Shown here: piece after piece, positions 1 through 9,128 of the stretch
Numbering within the stretch: position 1 is the stretch's first letter
How the letters are laid out: the number at the start of each line of letters is the position of its first letter
NCBI GenBank assembly: GCA_902593945.1
Contig: CACJKA010000001.1
Location: forward strand, 19,316 to 83,315
Direction of reading: 5' to 3'
DNA: 64,000 nt
Origin: an uncultured Candidatus Poseidoniales archaeon
Lineage (GTDB): Archaea; Thermoplasmatota; Poseidoniia; Poseidoniales; Thalassarchaeaceae
Position numbers and translations under genes: made by a program
Notes under the pieces: model-generated
The model's database searches: none
Told to the model about the DNA's origin: nothing
What the model saw: only the letters and a program-made list of their open reading frames with translations

Positions 1-368
1 GGATTACAGACAATCAAATCAACTTTAGGGAAATTGGTATTGCTATCTAAATATTCATTTATTATCGAACCTGATTCACTTAGATTATTTAATACTAGAT
101 TTTGTTTTAGTATTTCACAAGCTTTCTTATCTATTTCTAAAAATATACATCTTTCCGCTCCGACCTTTAATGCCCCTATTCCAAGAATGCCATTTCCTGC
201 ACCTAAGTCACCAACTACTGAATCAGAAGATAAATCCCCAAATGATATTATGGAAGAAATAAAATTTGAGGCAACATTTCCATCTGTAGAATACTGTTCT
301 AAATCAACATCTTCACAAGGATGAGGTAGTAATTTAGAAAGAGACATTGCGAGATGACGTACTCTCAT
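1..368 (-). CDS. METTL5-like SAM-dependent (r)RNA methyltransferase, 3' end truncated by window edge
   Basis: Manual translation of the minus strand from ATG at 368: MRVRHLAMSLSKLLPHPCEDVDLEQYSTDGNVA...VVGDLGAGNGILGIGA...VDLIVCNP. It has LEQY, the SAM-binding motif I DLGAGNG and the start of NPP. Not in the ORF track. Confidence 0.85.
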   Translation of the reverse strand, partial: MRVRHLAMSLSKLLPHPCEDVDLEQYSTDGNVASNFISSIISFGDLSSDSVVGDLGAGNGILGIGALKVGAERCIFLEIDKKACEILKQNLVLNNLSESGSIINEYLDSNTNFPKVDLIVCN

Positions 369-394
369 TATATTGTCCGAGAGGTTGATACATA

Positions 395-1528
395 TCAATT
401 ACTTTGATTGAAACTAACATTAATCAGATTATTTGTATCCTGAATTATTTTATCTGCAAGAAGTAACTCCGCAAGAAGAACTCCATATCCGGCGGCTCCA
501 CGGATAGTATTGTCCGATAATAATTTGAAACTTAATCTCTTATCTGAAACTTCAATTTCAGCTACAGATACTGGCATTCCAGATAAAAGATCTTGATCGG
601 GGAACTTAGGTTCTGAACCTCCCCACCTATGCTTAATTGGGTCTAACTTACCATCTATAAAGTTGATTACATTTGATGAGGAGGGAAGTCTAGAATCAAA
701 AACTTCAGATGAAAACGTTTGCCATGCTTCTATTATTTCATGAGCACTTATGTGGTTGATAAAATCTATTTCAACTGTTGCAAGATGGCCATAATCGTGA
801 TTAGATCTAGAACACCAAACTTTGATATCTAAATTTGCTTCTTGGAAAATACCTTCATTTTTTCTACCTAAAATTCTGTTCAATTCTGAAACTATACTTT
901 CAGATTCTCCTGGAATCGAAGAATCAATATGAAATCCGCTGCGCCCTCTTTCTAGCATCTTCCGTCCACCTCCTGACAGTGATTGCTCTGTCGTAATTTT
1001 TACTGCCGAAAAATCAAATTTTTTGATAAGTGGGTATAATGTTAAAGCGATTGGAACAACCATACAATTACTACAAGAGATTAATGAACCCGTGCCATAA
1101 CTTTGAGATTCTAAAATTTTCAAATGGTCTGAATTAACATCAGGTATTACCAAAGGAACTTCTCCTTTTAATCGATGAATAGAAGCGTGACTTATTACGC
1201 AAAATCCTTTTTCTGCTAGACTTTTTTCCACTTCATTAGCGATCGAATTAGGAATTGCGGAAAATATTACTGATACTCTTTTTTCTTTTAATTCTGACAC
1301 CAGTGCATCTAAATCATTTAATCCTAAAACTGTAATATTGGGCAATTGGGGCCTTTCTTCATCGAGAGACCATGGTAAATCATGAATCTTCATGCCCACT
1401 GTGGAACTTGAGCCAACGACAGATACTGGATTGAGCCAATCGTGTTTTACTAATCTCTGAAGGTACCTCTGAGCAACTAAACCTCTTGAGCCAAGAATTG
1501 CGCAATTAACAGCTTGTATAGCCACCAT
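395..1528 (-). CDS. asd: Aspartate-semialdehyde dehydrogenase (archaeal type)
   Basis: Rossmann ILGSRGLVAQ, VPLVIPDVN, catalytic SNC, QSLSGGG, GH, DNTIRGAAG. Confidence 0.88.
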   Translation of the reverse strand: MVAIQAVNCAILGSRGLVAQRYLQRLVKHDWLNPVSVVGSSSTVGMKIHDLPWSLDEERPQLPNITVLGLNDLDALVSELKEKRVSVIFSAIPNSIANEVEKSLAEKGFCVISHASIHRLKGEVPLVIPDVNSDHLKILESQSYGTGSLISCSNCMVVPIALTLYPLIKKFDFSAVKITTEQSLSGGGRKMLERGRSGFHIDSSIPGESESIVSELNRILGRKNEGIFQEANLDIKVWCSRSNHDYGHLATVEIDFINHISAHEIIEAWQTFSSEVFDSRLPSSSNVINFIDGKLDPIKHRWGGSEPKFPDQDLLSGMPVSVAEIEVSDKRLSFKLLSDNTIRGAAGYGVLLAELLLADKIIQDTNNLINVSFNQSN

Positions 1529-1629
1529 ATGTCTACGTTGAAGAACACCTATCTAATAACAACTGTTTGCAGGTTTCTAACAAAAAGAAAATCTGTAAGT
1601 TCAAATACTTTCAATTTTAATAGGAAAAT

Positions 1630-2868
1630 ATGGATTCAACGGGGGTTGTTTATGTAGCCATTGGTTTAGCTCTTGGTGCTGTCATTGGTTGGTTACTTGC
1701 TAGACAGAAATTGAGTGGTGAAGTAATAAGAAATGAAGAAAGGATAAAGGCAAAAGAAGAGGCGATAGTTACCTCTGAAATAAGAGTTAAAGCAGAGATA
1801 GAAAATCTAGTTACAGATTTGGGAAGAAAGAATTCTGAAGAATTCTTGAAACTTGCTGAGGAAAGACTAGGTAAAGTACAGGTTTCTGCGGAAAAGGACC
1901 ATCTGGCAAGACAAAAAGAGATTGATGCATTATTCGGTCCAATGACTAAATCTCTAAATGATTTAGAAAAATTTTCTAAAGAGATTGAAAAAGAACGAAT
2001 AAATGCATATGCAGGAATTAAGAGACAAATTACAGATCTAGGCGCCAGAACAGAAAGTCTAGGAAAAGAAGCTTCAAATCTTTCTACAGCACTTCGAAAG
2101 AGTTCATCTGTTCGCGGAGATTGGGGCGAGATTGCACTTAGAAATTTACTAGAAATGGCGGGCATGACAAAGCATACTGATTTTCTAGAACAGAAAGGGG
2201 CATCAGGACTTATTCCTGACGTGATTGTACGTCTTCCTGGAGATGGTTCTATACCTATCGATGCAAAAACTAGTGGGAAACATTATCTGGAATCTTTAGA
2301 AATTGAAGACTTGGAAGCAAGACAAGAAAAATTGCGACAACATGCAAAATCGATGCGTGATACAATGACTAAATTAGCTGAAAAAGGATATTTAACAAAG
2401 GTCTCAGGGAGGGCTGATTTCGTAGTAATGTTTGTCCCATCAGAAGCTTTAGTATCTGCTGCCTTCGAAGTAGACCCTACACTACACTCTGATGCGATGA
2501 ATAGGGGAGTCATAATTACATCTCCTGCTTCTCTGATTGCGTTACTCAGAACTGCTGCCTTATACTGGCAACAAGTTAGATTTGCCGAAGAGGCAAAAGA
2601 AGTAGTAGATGTTGCACAATTATTCTACAAAAGAATGGCGACTTGGAGTGAACATTTTGCAGAAGTAGGCAATAGGCTAGGGAAAGCAACTGAATTCTAT
2701 AACAAGGCAGTAGGTTCTTGGGAAAAGAATGTATTGCCTCAGGGACGTAAATTAGAGAAACTAGACATTGCTACCAATTTGCCTAAAAATTTAGTAGAAC
2801 AAAAATCTATTTCCGAGTCAATTAGAACACCTACTGTAATGAATGAAGATGATGATGAAGAGGAATGA
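1630..2868 (+). CDS. rmuC: DNA recombination protein RmuC family
   Basis: N-terminal TM helix, coiled coil, RGDWGEIAL, PDVIVRLPG..IPIDAK (PD-D/ExK-like), DFVVMFVPSE. Confidence 0.9.
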   Translation: MDSTGVVYVAIGLALGAVIGWLLARQKLSGEVIRNEERIKAKEEAIVTSEIRVKAEIENLVTDLGRKNSEEFLKLAEERLGKVQVSAEKDHLARQKEIDALFGPMTKSLNDLEKFSKEIEKERINAYAGIKRQITDLGARTESLGKEASNLSTALRKSSSVRGDWGEIALRNLLEMAGMTKHTDFLEQKGASGLIPDVIVRLPGDGSIPIDAKTSGKHYLESLEIEDLEARQEKLRQHAKSMRDTMTKLAEKGYLTKVSGRADFVVMFVPSEALVSAAFEVDPTLHSDAMNRGVIITSPASLIALLRTAALYWQQVRFAEEAKEVVDVAQLFYKRMATWSEHFAEVGNRLGKATEFYNKAVGSWEKNVLPQGRKLEKLDIATNLPKNLVEQKSISESIRTPTVMNEDDDEEE

Positions 2869-2892
2869 AAACCTTGACCCTAATCCGAGTAT

Positions 2893-3474
2893 ATGATTAA
2901 GTGGCAAACCGGACGATACCATCCAGTTGTTCATCTTCCTGATGAATATGAAGTTAGAGATTTCACAACAGGAAATTACACTCCCTCAGAATATGAATTT
3001 GATATAGGAAGATATGATGAGTTAAGGCCGGGTATGTATTCTACAGAACTATTCGCAGATGGTAGGTTTTTGCATATTGGGATAGATATTGGAGCCCCTG
3101 TAGGGACTCCTTGTATGGCATTTGATGAGGGTGAGATTTCGCATTTTGGATATAATGCAGCTGATGGAGATTACGGATACGTGATTATTACGAAACATAT
3201 AGTTGGAGAAATACCAATATGGGCACTATATGGCCATTTGAGTGCTGATTCGATAAAGGGGAAGAAAATAGGCCAAAAAATTTCACGTGGAGAAGTGATT
3301 TGCTGGATGGGCGATAGACATGAAAATGGAGGATGGGAATCACACCTACATTTTCAATTATCAATTAATGAGCCTGAAACCCATGACATGCCTGGTGTTG
3401 TAAACCCAGAAAATAGGGAGATGGCATTAGAAAAATACCCTGACCCAAGACTAGTTCTTGGACCAATTTACTAA
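2893..3474 (+). CDS. M23 family metallopeptidase
   Basis: HIGID (HxxxD), YGHL and HLHFQ motifs; no evident signal peptide. Confidence 0.85.
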   Translation: MIKWQTGRYHPVVHLPDEYEVRDFTTGNYTPSEYEFDIGRYDELRPGMYSTELFADGRFLHIGIDIGAPVGTPCMAFDEGEISHFGYNAADGDYGYVIITKHIVGEIPIWALYGHLSADSIKGKKIGQKISRGEVICWMGDRHENGGWESHLHFQLSINEPETHDMPGVVNPENREMALEKYPDPRLVLGPIY

Positions 3475-4511
3475 TTGTTGGAAAGATGAGACTTAAGGTC
3501 GACGATAGAATTTATATCTGAAGGATCAATTCCTTTTATCAATGCTAAAGCAATACTTATCCAATCAGATATATGTGAAGCATAAAGTAGACTTTCAAGA
3601 AGACTGTGCCCCTCGCAATCAATTATCCAAGAATGATTGTTATCAATATTCTCCAGCATCCAGTTCATTCTTGAATTGATTCTAGGATGAATGTTTTCAC
3701 ATGAGAAATAAATTATAGAATGTTTATCGGCATTAGAGGAAGACCATGCTATTATTTCATTATGATTCATCTCAGGCAACTCTGAGGGGCGTGCAAAAAC
3801 TTCTGAATTTTCGTTTAATTGATTAGCAAAACGACGTGCTGCGGGCATCATAATAGTAGGTGCAATTATACCTATTTCTTTGTTTAGTATTGATTCTGCG
3901 ACAGAGAGAACTAATCCATTACCACCACTTATATCAAAATCCATTGAAGATGATCGCAAACGTTCAATCATATTGGAAATCTCTTCACTATTTGGTTTCT
4001 CAATTATACCTAAAGACCAACAAACAGATATTTGGCTACCAAATAAATGGCCAAAAGCAGATCTAGGCATCTGACCTCCAGGAACAGAAATGAATAATGA
4101 TTCTTGATTTTCTGCTATGATATCCTCAAGCTCACCGCCTGAAGAGATTCCAATAACTGTACCTCCAGATTCTAAAGCCTCACGGACACCGTCGATTGTT
4201 TCCTCGGTATTTCCTGAGTAAGAAGTTGCTAATATCAACCAATCTGGCCCCCACCAAGAAGGTAGATTATAGTCCCTCCATACTACAAAAGGGATTCCTC
4301 CTGAATAATCAGCTAGAGTTGAAAGAAACATACCTCCTGCTCCAGAACCTCCCATTCCTAAACAAAGAACACCGGACCAGTCTTTATCAACATCAATATC
4401 GATATTTTTCGTGATTGCCTGTTCGAAATCATCTATAAATTTACGAGTATATCCTACCATGTCTCGGGTGTCCAATTCTTTGGCAAGTTCTTGTAACTCT
4501 TTCAATTTCAT
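3471..4511 (-). CDS. Bifunctional phosphoglucose/phosphomannose isomerase (SIS domain)
   Basis: GMGGSG, SYSGNTEET, MPR, NENS, PEMNHNE; start placed at MKLKELQ (ATGA overlap with nmd3 stop). Confidence 0.88.
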   Translation of the reverse strand: MKLKELQELAKELDTRDMVGYTRKFIDDFEQAITKNIDIDVDKDWSGVLCLGMGGSGAGGMFLSTLADYSGGIPFVVWRDYNLPSWWGPDWLILATSYSGNTEETIDGVREALESGGTVIGISSGGELEDIIAENQESLFISVPGGQMPRSAFGHLFGSQISVCWSLGIIEKPNSEEISNMIERLRSSSMDFDISGGNGLVLSVAESILNKEIGIIAPTIMMPAARRFANQLNENSEVFARPSELPEMNHNEIIAWSSSNADKHSIIYFSCENIHPRINSRMNWMLENIDNNHSWIIDCEGHSLLESLLYASHISDWISIALALIKGIDPSDINSIVDLKSHLSNN

Positions 4512-5575
4512 GAATCCACCTCGCCTACAAACCCAGGCAATGCTAGCCATATATCATCTATGAACCCAATACGTAATTTTTTTGATTTTGTATTATCATC
4601 GTATGGTAAAGCAACAGTCGTCATTTTGTAATCATGTGGAGTCATTATTTCTGCTGCAGAACTATCGCGATTTAATATATCAACAATATATTGTTCGGAA
4701 CGAGGGCAAATTATTCTCGCCTTCTCCATATCTCTCCATGAGGCTCCAGTCCTCTGGAAGAAATTTAATCGACGGATTATTGGGCCATCCCTTTGCCATG
4801 AATCAATTAACCATAAGTCGTTGTTTAATTTCACCACATCTCCTACTTCATAAGCAGGTTTTCTATAACTTACAGTTAATCTTGTAATTTCAATTCCATC
4901 CCTCATACCAACAACTGTAGATGTTTCTTTGACTGTTCCACCAAATTTCTTTGTCAAAATACGTGCCCAATTCCTAGCCATAGCCTTCGAACCAAGTTGT
5001 AAATCCCAACCACCAGTGACAATGCCTTCTTTGGTTATGAAAAACATTGGATCCGCTTCCATTCCTTCTAACATTTCATCTAAAGTATATCTTAATTCTT
5101 TGAGTTCTTTCTCTGATAGTTTTCTCCCTGCCGAACGAAGTTGGACAATAGCCTCAAAATATGCTCCATCTTTCCTTGTACAGGGGGTACAAATCGCATT
5201 ACTAGTCTGTAATAATACCTCGAAATTATCCTCGAAAAGGAAATTATCAATCGTTCCAGATACATCAAGATGAATCCGATTAGTTCTATCATCAATAACC
5301 TGTAAAGCAAATTCGACATTTACATCTTCGGCTCTTTCATCTAATTCTAAGTTGTCACGAAGTCTCAGATCTGCTAAAGACTCATTATCTATCTTAGACC
5401 AGCGCCCCCTAATTTCATATGATTCGCATTTTGGACAACGGAATTGTTGAATTGTATTCGAAATTTTGGATAACGTAACACGCTTACGAAAACATGACTC
5501 ACAAAGACGATTAGAAGAAAGTTTGGAGGAAGCCCCACAAACAATACAAAATGCATCCTTAGACATATGACTCAT
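4508..5575 (-). CDS. nmd3: NMD3-family ribosome biogenesis protein
   Basis: CxxC pairs (CIVC, CESC, CPKC, CTPC), YFEAIVQLR. Confidence 0.88.
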   Translation of the reverse strand: MSHMSKDAFCIVCGASSKLSSNRLCESCFRKRVTLSKISNTIQQFRCPKCESYEIRGRWSKIDNESLADLRLRDNLELDERAEDVNVEFALQVIDDRTNRIHLDVSGTIDNFLFEDNFEVLLQTSNAICTPCTRKDGAYFEAIVQLRSAGRKLSEKELKELRYTLDEMLEGMEADPMFFITKEGIVTGGWDLQLGSKAMARNWARILTKKFGGTVKETSTVVGMRDGIEITRLTVSYRKPAYEVGDVVKLNNDLWLIDSWQRDGPIIRRLNFFQRTGASWRDMEKARIICPRSEQYIVDILNRDSSAAEIMTPHDYKMTTVALPYDDNTKSKKLRIGFIDDIWLALPGFVGEVDS

Positions 5576-5622
5576 CCCTTGCGAAAGCGTAGTGCATTAG
5601 AATGATTCGTGAGTTAAAAAAA

Positions 5623-5775
5623 CTAAATTTCTGAGTTTTTATCGTCTAAGGTCAATTGACTCTCTCTTATTCTTATTCTAATATTATCCAATCTTTTCCC
5701 AATATATACAACATAGTAGCTCAATAAAAATCCTAATATCGAGTAAGTGACTAGATATGATTCAAAACCGTTCAA
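5623..5775 (-). CDS. Small membrane peptide, putative CcmD (50 aa)
   Basis: TTG start overlapping the ccmC stop (TTGA), preceded by GAGGTG. Sequence MNGFESYLVTYSILGFLLSYYVVYIGKRLDNIRIRIRESQLTLDDKNSEI: one TM helix plus a basic tail. Not in the ORF track. Confidence 0.6.
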   Translation of the reverse strand: MNGFESYLVTYSILGFLLSYYVVYIGKRLDNIRIRIRESQLTLDDKNSEI

Positions 5776-6485
5776 TGTACCACCTCTTCATCTATCTTGT
5801 CCAACAACCGTTGCAACTCATCTTCCATTTTGTATGAAATATAAGTTAGAATAGAAAGGCCCGCCATTAATATCCAGAAAGATATCACTCCCAAGATTAA
5901 GACTTGAAGCATTTTAGGATCCAGTCCTGTTTCACTAGATTCTGCAATCACAACTGAAGGATGTCGCTTTTGATAGACCGTAGTTGCTACTGCTGTAATA
6001 GGCACTAAAGCAAATCCAAATAACCCTACGGTGGAAAGAGTATCTCTAGTTTCTATTCCATCAGGTTGTGCTTTTCTAGAAAGAACGATGAATAATGCAA
6101 CAGCAGTGAGTAAACCGAATGTGTTCAATCTTAGATCCCCCCAGTCCCAGGGGACGCCCCATTCTGCTGAACCCCATATTGGGCCAGATATGACAACACC
6201 TAAACCAAAAAGAAGACCTAAATCAGAACCGGTACAGAACAAATTCCAACCCCACTCTTTTCTTTTTAGAAACCAAGAAATTGCTCCAATAAATAATAAG
6301 CAGAAAGCAACAAATGATGTCCAAGCAAATGGTACGTGCCAGAACAATATTCGATATGCCTCTGGAGACCTAAATGGCGGCGATTGAACTAGCGGAGCGT
6401 ATGTGTAACCCATTACTGCAGTTAGTAAGACTCCTGCACCACCTATGCACGTTAGCCCCCAACCGTAATATTTTGTCGAGGACAT
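5772..6485 (-). CDS. ccmC: Heme exporter / cytochrome c biogenesis protein CcmC
   Basis: WWD motif WGSAEWGVPWDWGDLRL, conserved His in FWHVP and RHP; start placed at MSSTKYY. Confidence 0.88.
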   Translation of the reverse strand: MSSTKYYGWGLTCIGGAGVLLTAVMGYTYAPLVQSPPFRSPEAYRILFWHVPFAWTSFVAFCLLFIGAISWFLKRKEWGWNLFCTGSDLGLLFGLGVVISGPIWGSAEWGVPWDWGDLRLNTFGLLTAVALFIVLSRKAQPDGIETRDTLSTVGLFGFALVPITAVATTVYQKRHPSVVIAESSETGLDPKMLQVLILGVISFWILMAGLSILTYISYKMEDELQRLLDKIDEEVVH

Positions 6486-6523
6486 AAACCTGCGAGAGGT
6501 TACTATATGATGAATGCTCGTTT

Positions 6524-7927
6524 TCATGCTTCCGGAAGATAAACAGAAACCATCCAAACCAAGAAGCTAATTAGACCTGCTAAAAACATCATAAAAATCG
6601 GTTCTTCTAAAGAAATACCCATACTCATACCATTGATAATTATCATTTCAAGAGAATCCACGAGCTCAATAAATGGCCATACTAGAACTAAAAGTAGTAG
6701 CGATACTACTGAAGCACCTGATCTTCTTAAATCGGAAACCAGTAAATGTAATGATGAAGCAGCAATTGCAACCAGATACATTACTAAGCATGGTAACCAT
6801 AACCAATAAACTACTGAATCATTGGCGATTGATATATTATCACTTAGAATAAACCATGAAATGTAAATTAATGGTATTGGAAGCAATATAGATGAACCGA
6901 TTATTGATGAAGAAAGACGGAATTTAGGACCTATTATTGCTGACCACCAACGACCACAATTCTCTTCTGCATATCTGCTAATTAATGCTGGAGGGATGAC
7001 TACTGAAATGAAAGGGGGTAGTAAAATAAGGGCAGAAAGGAAATCTACTCCCAATGCAGAAATATCTTCTTCGGAAACCAAAGTATGAGATAGAAATAAG
7101 GCAAGAATTGCGGGAATTAAACGGTTAATTGTGTCTACTGGGTTTCTTTTTTCCATCCTGTAGGCCCAATTAAATAAACTAGAAGTCTTTTTGACTGAAA
7201 TATTATTTGTGAACTTAGGAATAACAAAATTAGATTCTGGTTGTGATTGGGCACTAAAAATAATTTTTCTATCGTCACTAAATGTTAAAGTTCTATCAGC
7301 TACCGAAATTAAATCGGAATCATGAGTTGCTATAACAATTCCATGACCTCTTAAAATTAAAGCCCTTAACCAATTAATTAATAGTGATTTAGCAGATTCA
7401 TCTAAACCTTCTGATGGCTCATCGAGTAGAACGGCTCTAGGTTCTTGTGATAATAAAGCAGGCGCCAGTCCCGAAAGGACGGATAGGCGTCTAGCAAGTC
7501 CTCCAGATAGTTGAGAAACTCTATCAGAACTTCTATGTTTCAAACCCCAACAATCTAGTAATTCTGATATTTTGATATTATCAAACTCACAGCCAGAGAC
7601 TTGCAGTACCGTTTTTATCCTCTCTTGAACTGTTTCTTCACCTGATATTCCATTTTTTTGTAGAGTTAGCCCCATGGGTGGAAGAGAATTTCTCCTACCC
7701 TCTGAATCTCTAACTAATTTCATACCATAGGAGTCATGTTTCCAATGAATTGAACCTGAAGAAATTGTATGCATTCCTGCACTAGATTCTAACAAAGTAG
7801 TCTTCCCACAGCCATTTGGTCCAACCAAAGCAACCACCTCTCCTTCATTTAATTCAAAATTCAAATCTGAAATTATGAGACGGCTACCTCTATGAATTTT
7901 AAGACCTGAAATCTGAATCAGAGTCAT
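6524..7927 (-). CDS. ABC ATPase fused to multi-TM permease, probable CcmA-CcmB fusion
   Basis: Walker A GPNGCGKT, signature LSGG, Walker B LLDEP, H-loop ATHD, then about 6 hydrophobic helices; directly upstream of ccmC; start placed at MTLIQISG. Confidence 0.75.
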   Translation of the reverse strand: MTLIQISGLKIHRGSRLIISDLNFELNEGEVVALVGPNGCGKTTLLESSAGMHTISSGSIHWKHDSYGMKLVRDSEGRRNSLPPMGLTLQKNGISGEETVQERIKTVLQVSGCEFDNIKISELLDCWGLKHRSSDRVSQLSGGLARRLSVLSGLAPALLSQEPRAVLLDEPSEGLDESAKSLLINWLRALILRGHGIVIATHDSDLISVADRTLTFSDDRKIIFSAQSQPESNFVIPKFTNNISVKKTSSLFNWAYRMEKRNPVDTINRLIPAILALFLSHTLVSEEDISALGVDFLSALILLPPFISVVIPPALISRYAEENCGRWWSAIIGPKFRLSSSIIGSSILLPIPLIYISWFILSDNISIANDSVVYWLWLPCLVMYLVAIAASSLHLLVSDLRRSGASVVSLLLLVLVWPFIELVDSLEMIIINGMSMGISLEEPIFMMFLAGLISFLVWMVSVYLPEA

Positions 7928-7992
7928 ATCGCCCATGTACTTCCGAGGGAGGTTCATCGTTTGAGTCGTTCGACAAAGAATCGAAGGCGCTA

Positions 7993-9060
7993 TTGCTACA
8001 ATACGACCGGCCACAGTTTGTGATTGCACCCCGAGAGTATGATTTATACTGGTCACAATTAGAAAATAGTGATTTTTTCCTCCTTTCAATATACATCCTA
8101 GTTTCTGTAATCCCTTTTGTAAATGCAATAAGAGAAAAAACAAGTATTGCACTTGCCATGGTTCTATCATTACTACTAGTAATGTTTGTTAGGTTTACTT
8201 TTAGTATCCTAGAACTTGATTTTAATGAAATACATTTCTTTTCATTATATCCATTTATTGCAGATGATCCCACACAAATTCATCGTTTTTTGACTTCGGC
8301 ATGGCTTCATGCAGATTGGATTCACGTACTATCAAATATTCTTGTTATTGGCCTAGTAGGTGTCCCTCTAGAACAAAGATTGGGTGCTAAAAGATGGTTG
8401 TTAGTATATTTTCTAGGATTTATAGGAGGAAATCTGGCATGGGTTGCATCGCATCCTGATTCAATAAATCCTGCAATAGGTGCAAGTGGTGCTGCTTTCG
8501 GATTACTAGGAGCTTATATGGCATGTTGGCCAAATGATGAAATAGAATTTCCATTACTATTTTTTATAAGAGCATGGCCTATTTGGATAATTGTTTTCGT
8601 CAGGTTAGGATTGGAAATTTATCAAATTTATGTAATCCAAGAAGGCACTTCAGGAGACACTAATATTGCTCATATGGCCCACATTGGTGGATTCTTTATG
8701 GCATTTATATTGGCAAGATTTATTGCAAAAGGCGGTCCAAGTCTGTTAGATTCAGATGAATCATACAATAATACCACAAACCCAACTGAAGCTAAGAGAA
8801 TTATCGCGAAAAGAAATCTAGGAGAATTAATTGGTGACCCATGGGAAATTGCAGGAAAACCCTTGGAAGGCAACGCGAAATGGATATTATGGAATCTTAA
8901 GGAACAAGGGGATGAATTAGAGACAAGACAGGCATGGCTTGAAGAACTGGCAGAGAATACAATTTGTCCGATATGTAACGGAGAAGTGAAGCTGTTCGAA
9001 AAAGATGAAAATTATAGCTTGATTTGTTCGATAAATGATGACCACCTTTTCTGGCCATAA
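7993..9060 (+). CDS. Rhomboid intramembrane serine protease with C-terminal Zn-ribbon-like tail
   Basis: WLHADWIHVLSN, GASG (catalytic Ser), AHIGG (catalytic His); tail CPIC...CSINDDH; start uncertain. Confidence 0.88.
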   Translation: MLQYDRPQFVIAPREYDLYWSQLENSDFFLLSIYILVSVIPFVNAIREKTSIALAMVLSLLLVMFVRFTFSILELDFNEIHFFSLYPFIADDPTQIHRFLTSAWLHADWIHVLSNILVIGLVGVPLEQRLGAKRWLLVYFLGFIGGNLAWVASHPDSINPAIGASGAAFGLLGAYMACWPNDEIEFPLLFFIRAWPIWIIVFVRLGLEIYQIYVIQEGTSGDTNIAHMAHIGGFFMAFILARFIAKGGPSLLDSDESYNNTTNPTEAKRIIAKRNLGELIGDPWEIAGKPLEGNAKWILWNLKEQGDELETRQAWLEELAENTICPICNGEVKLFEKDENYSLICSINDDHLFWP

Positions 9061-9128
9061 TTATCTAAAAATGAATTAATTATCGGTTCAAATTATACAT
9101 CTATTGATGCTGGCTCTCTAAGAGAGCC

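Noticed and set aside
34..324. 96-aa + strand ORF
   Set aside because: Antisense shadow of the METTL5-like gene on the minus strand.
7928..8170. N-terminal 81 aa of the 548-aa ABC ORF
   Set aside because: It overlaps the divergent rhomboid gene; the ABC domain starts at MTLIQISG.
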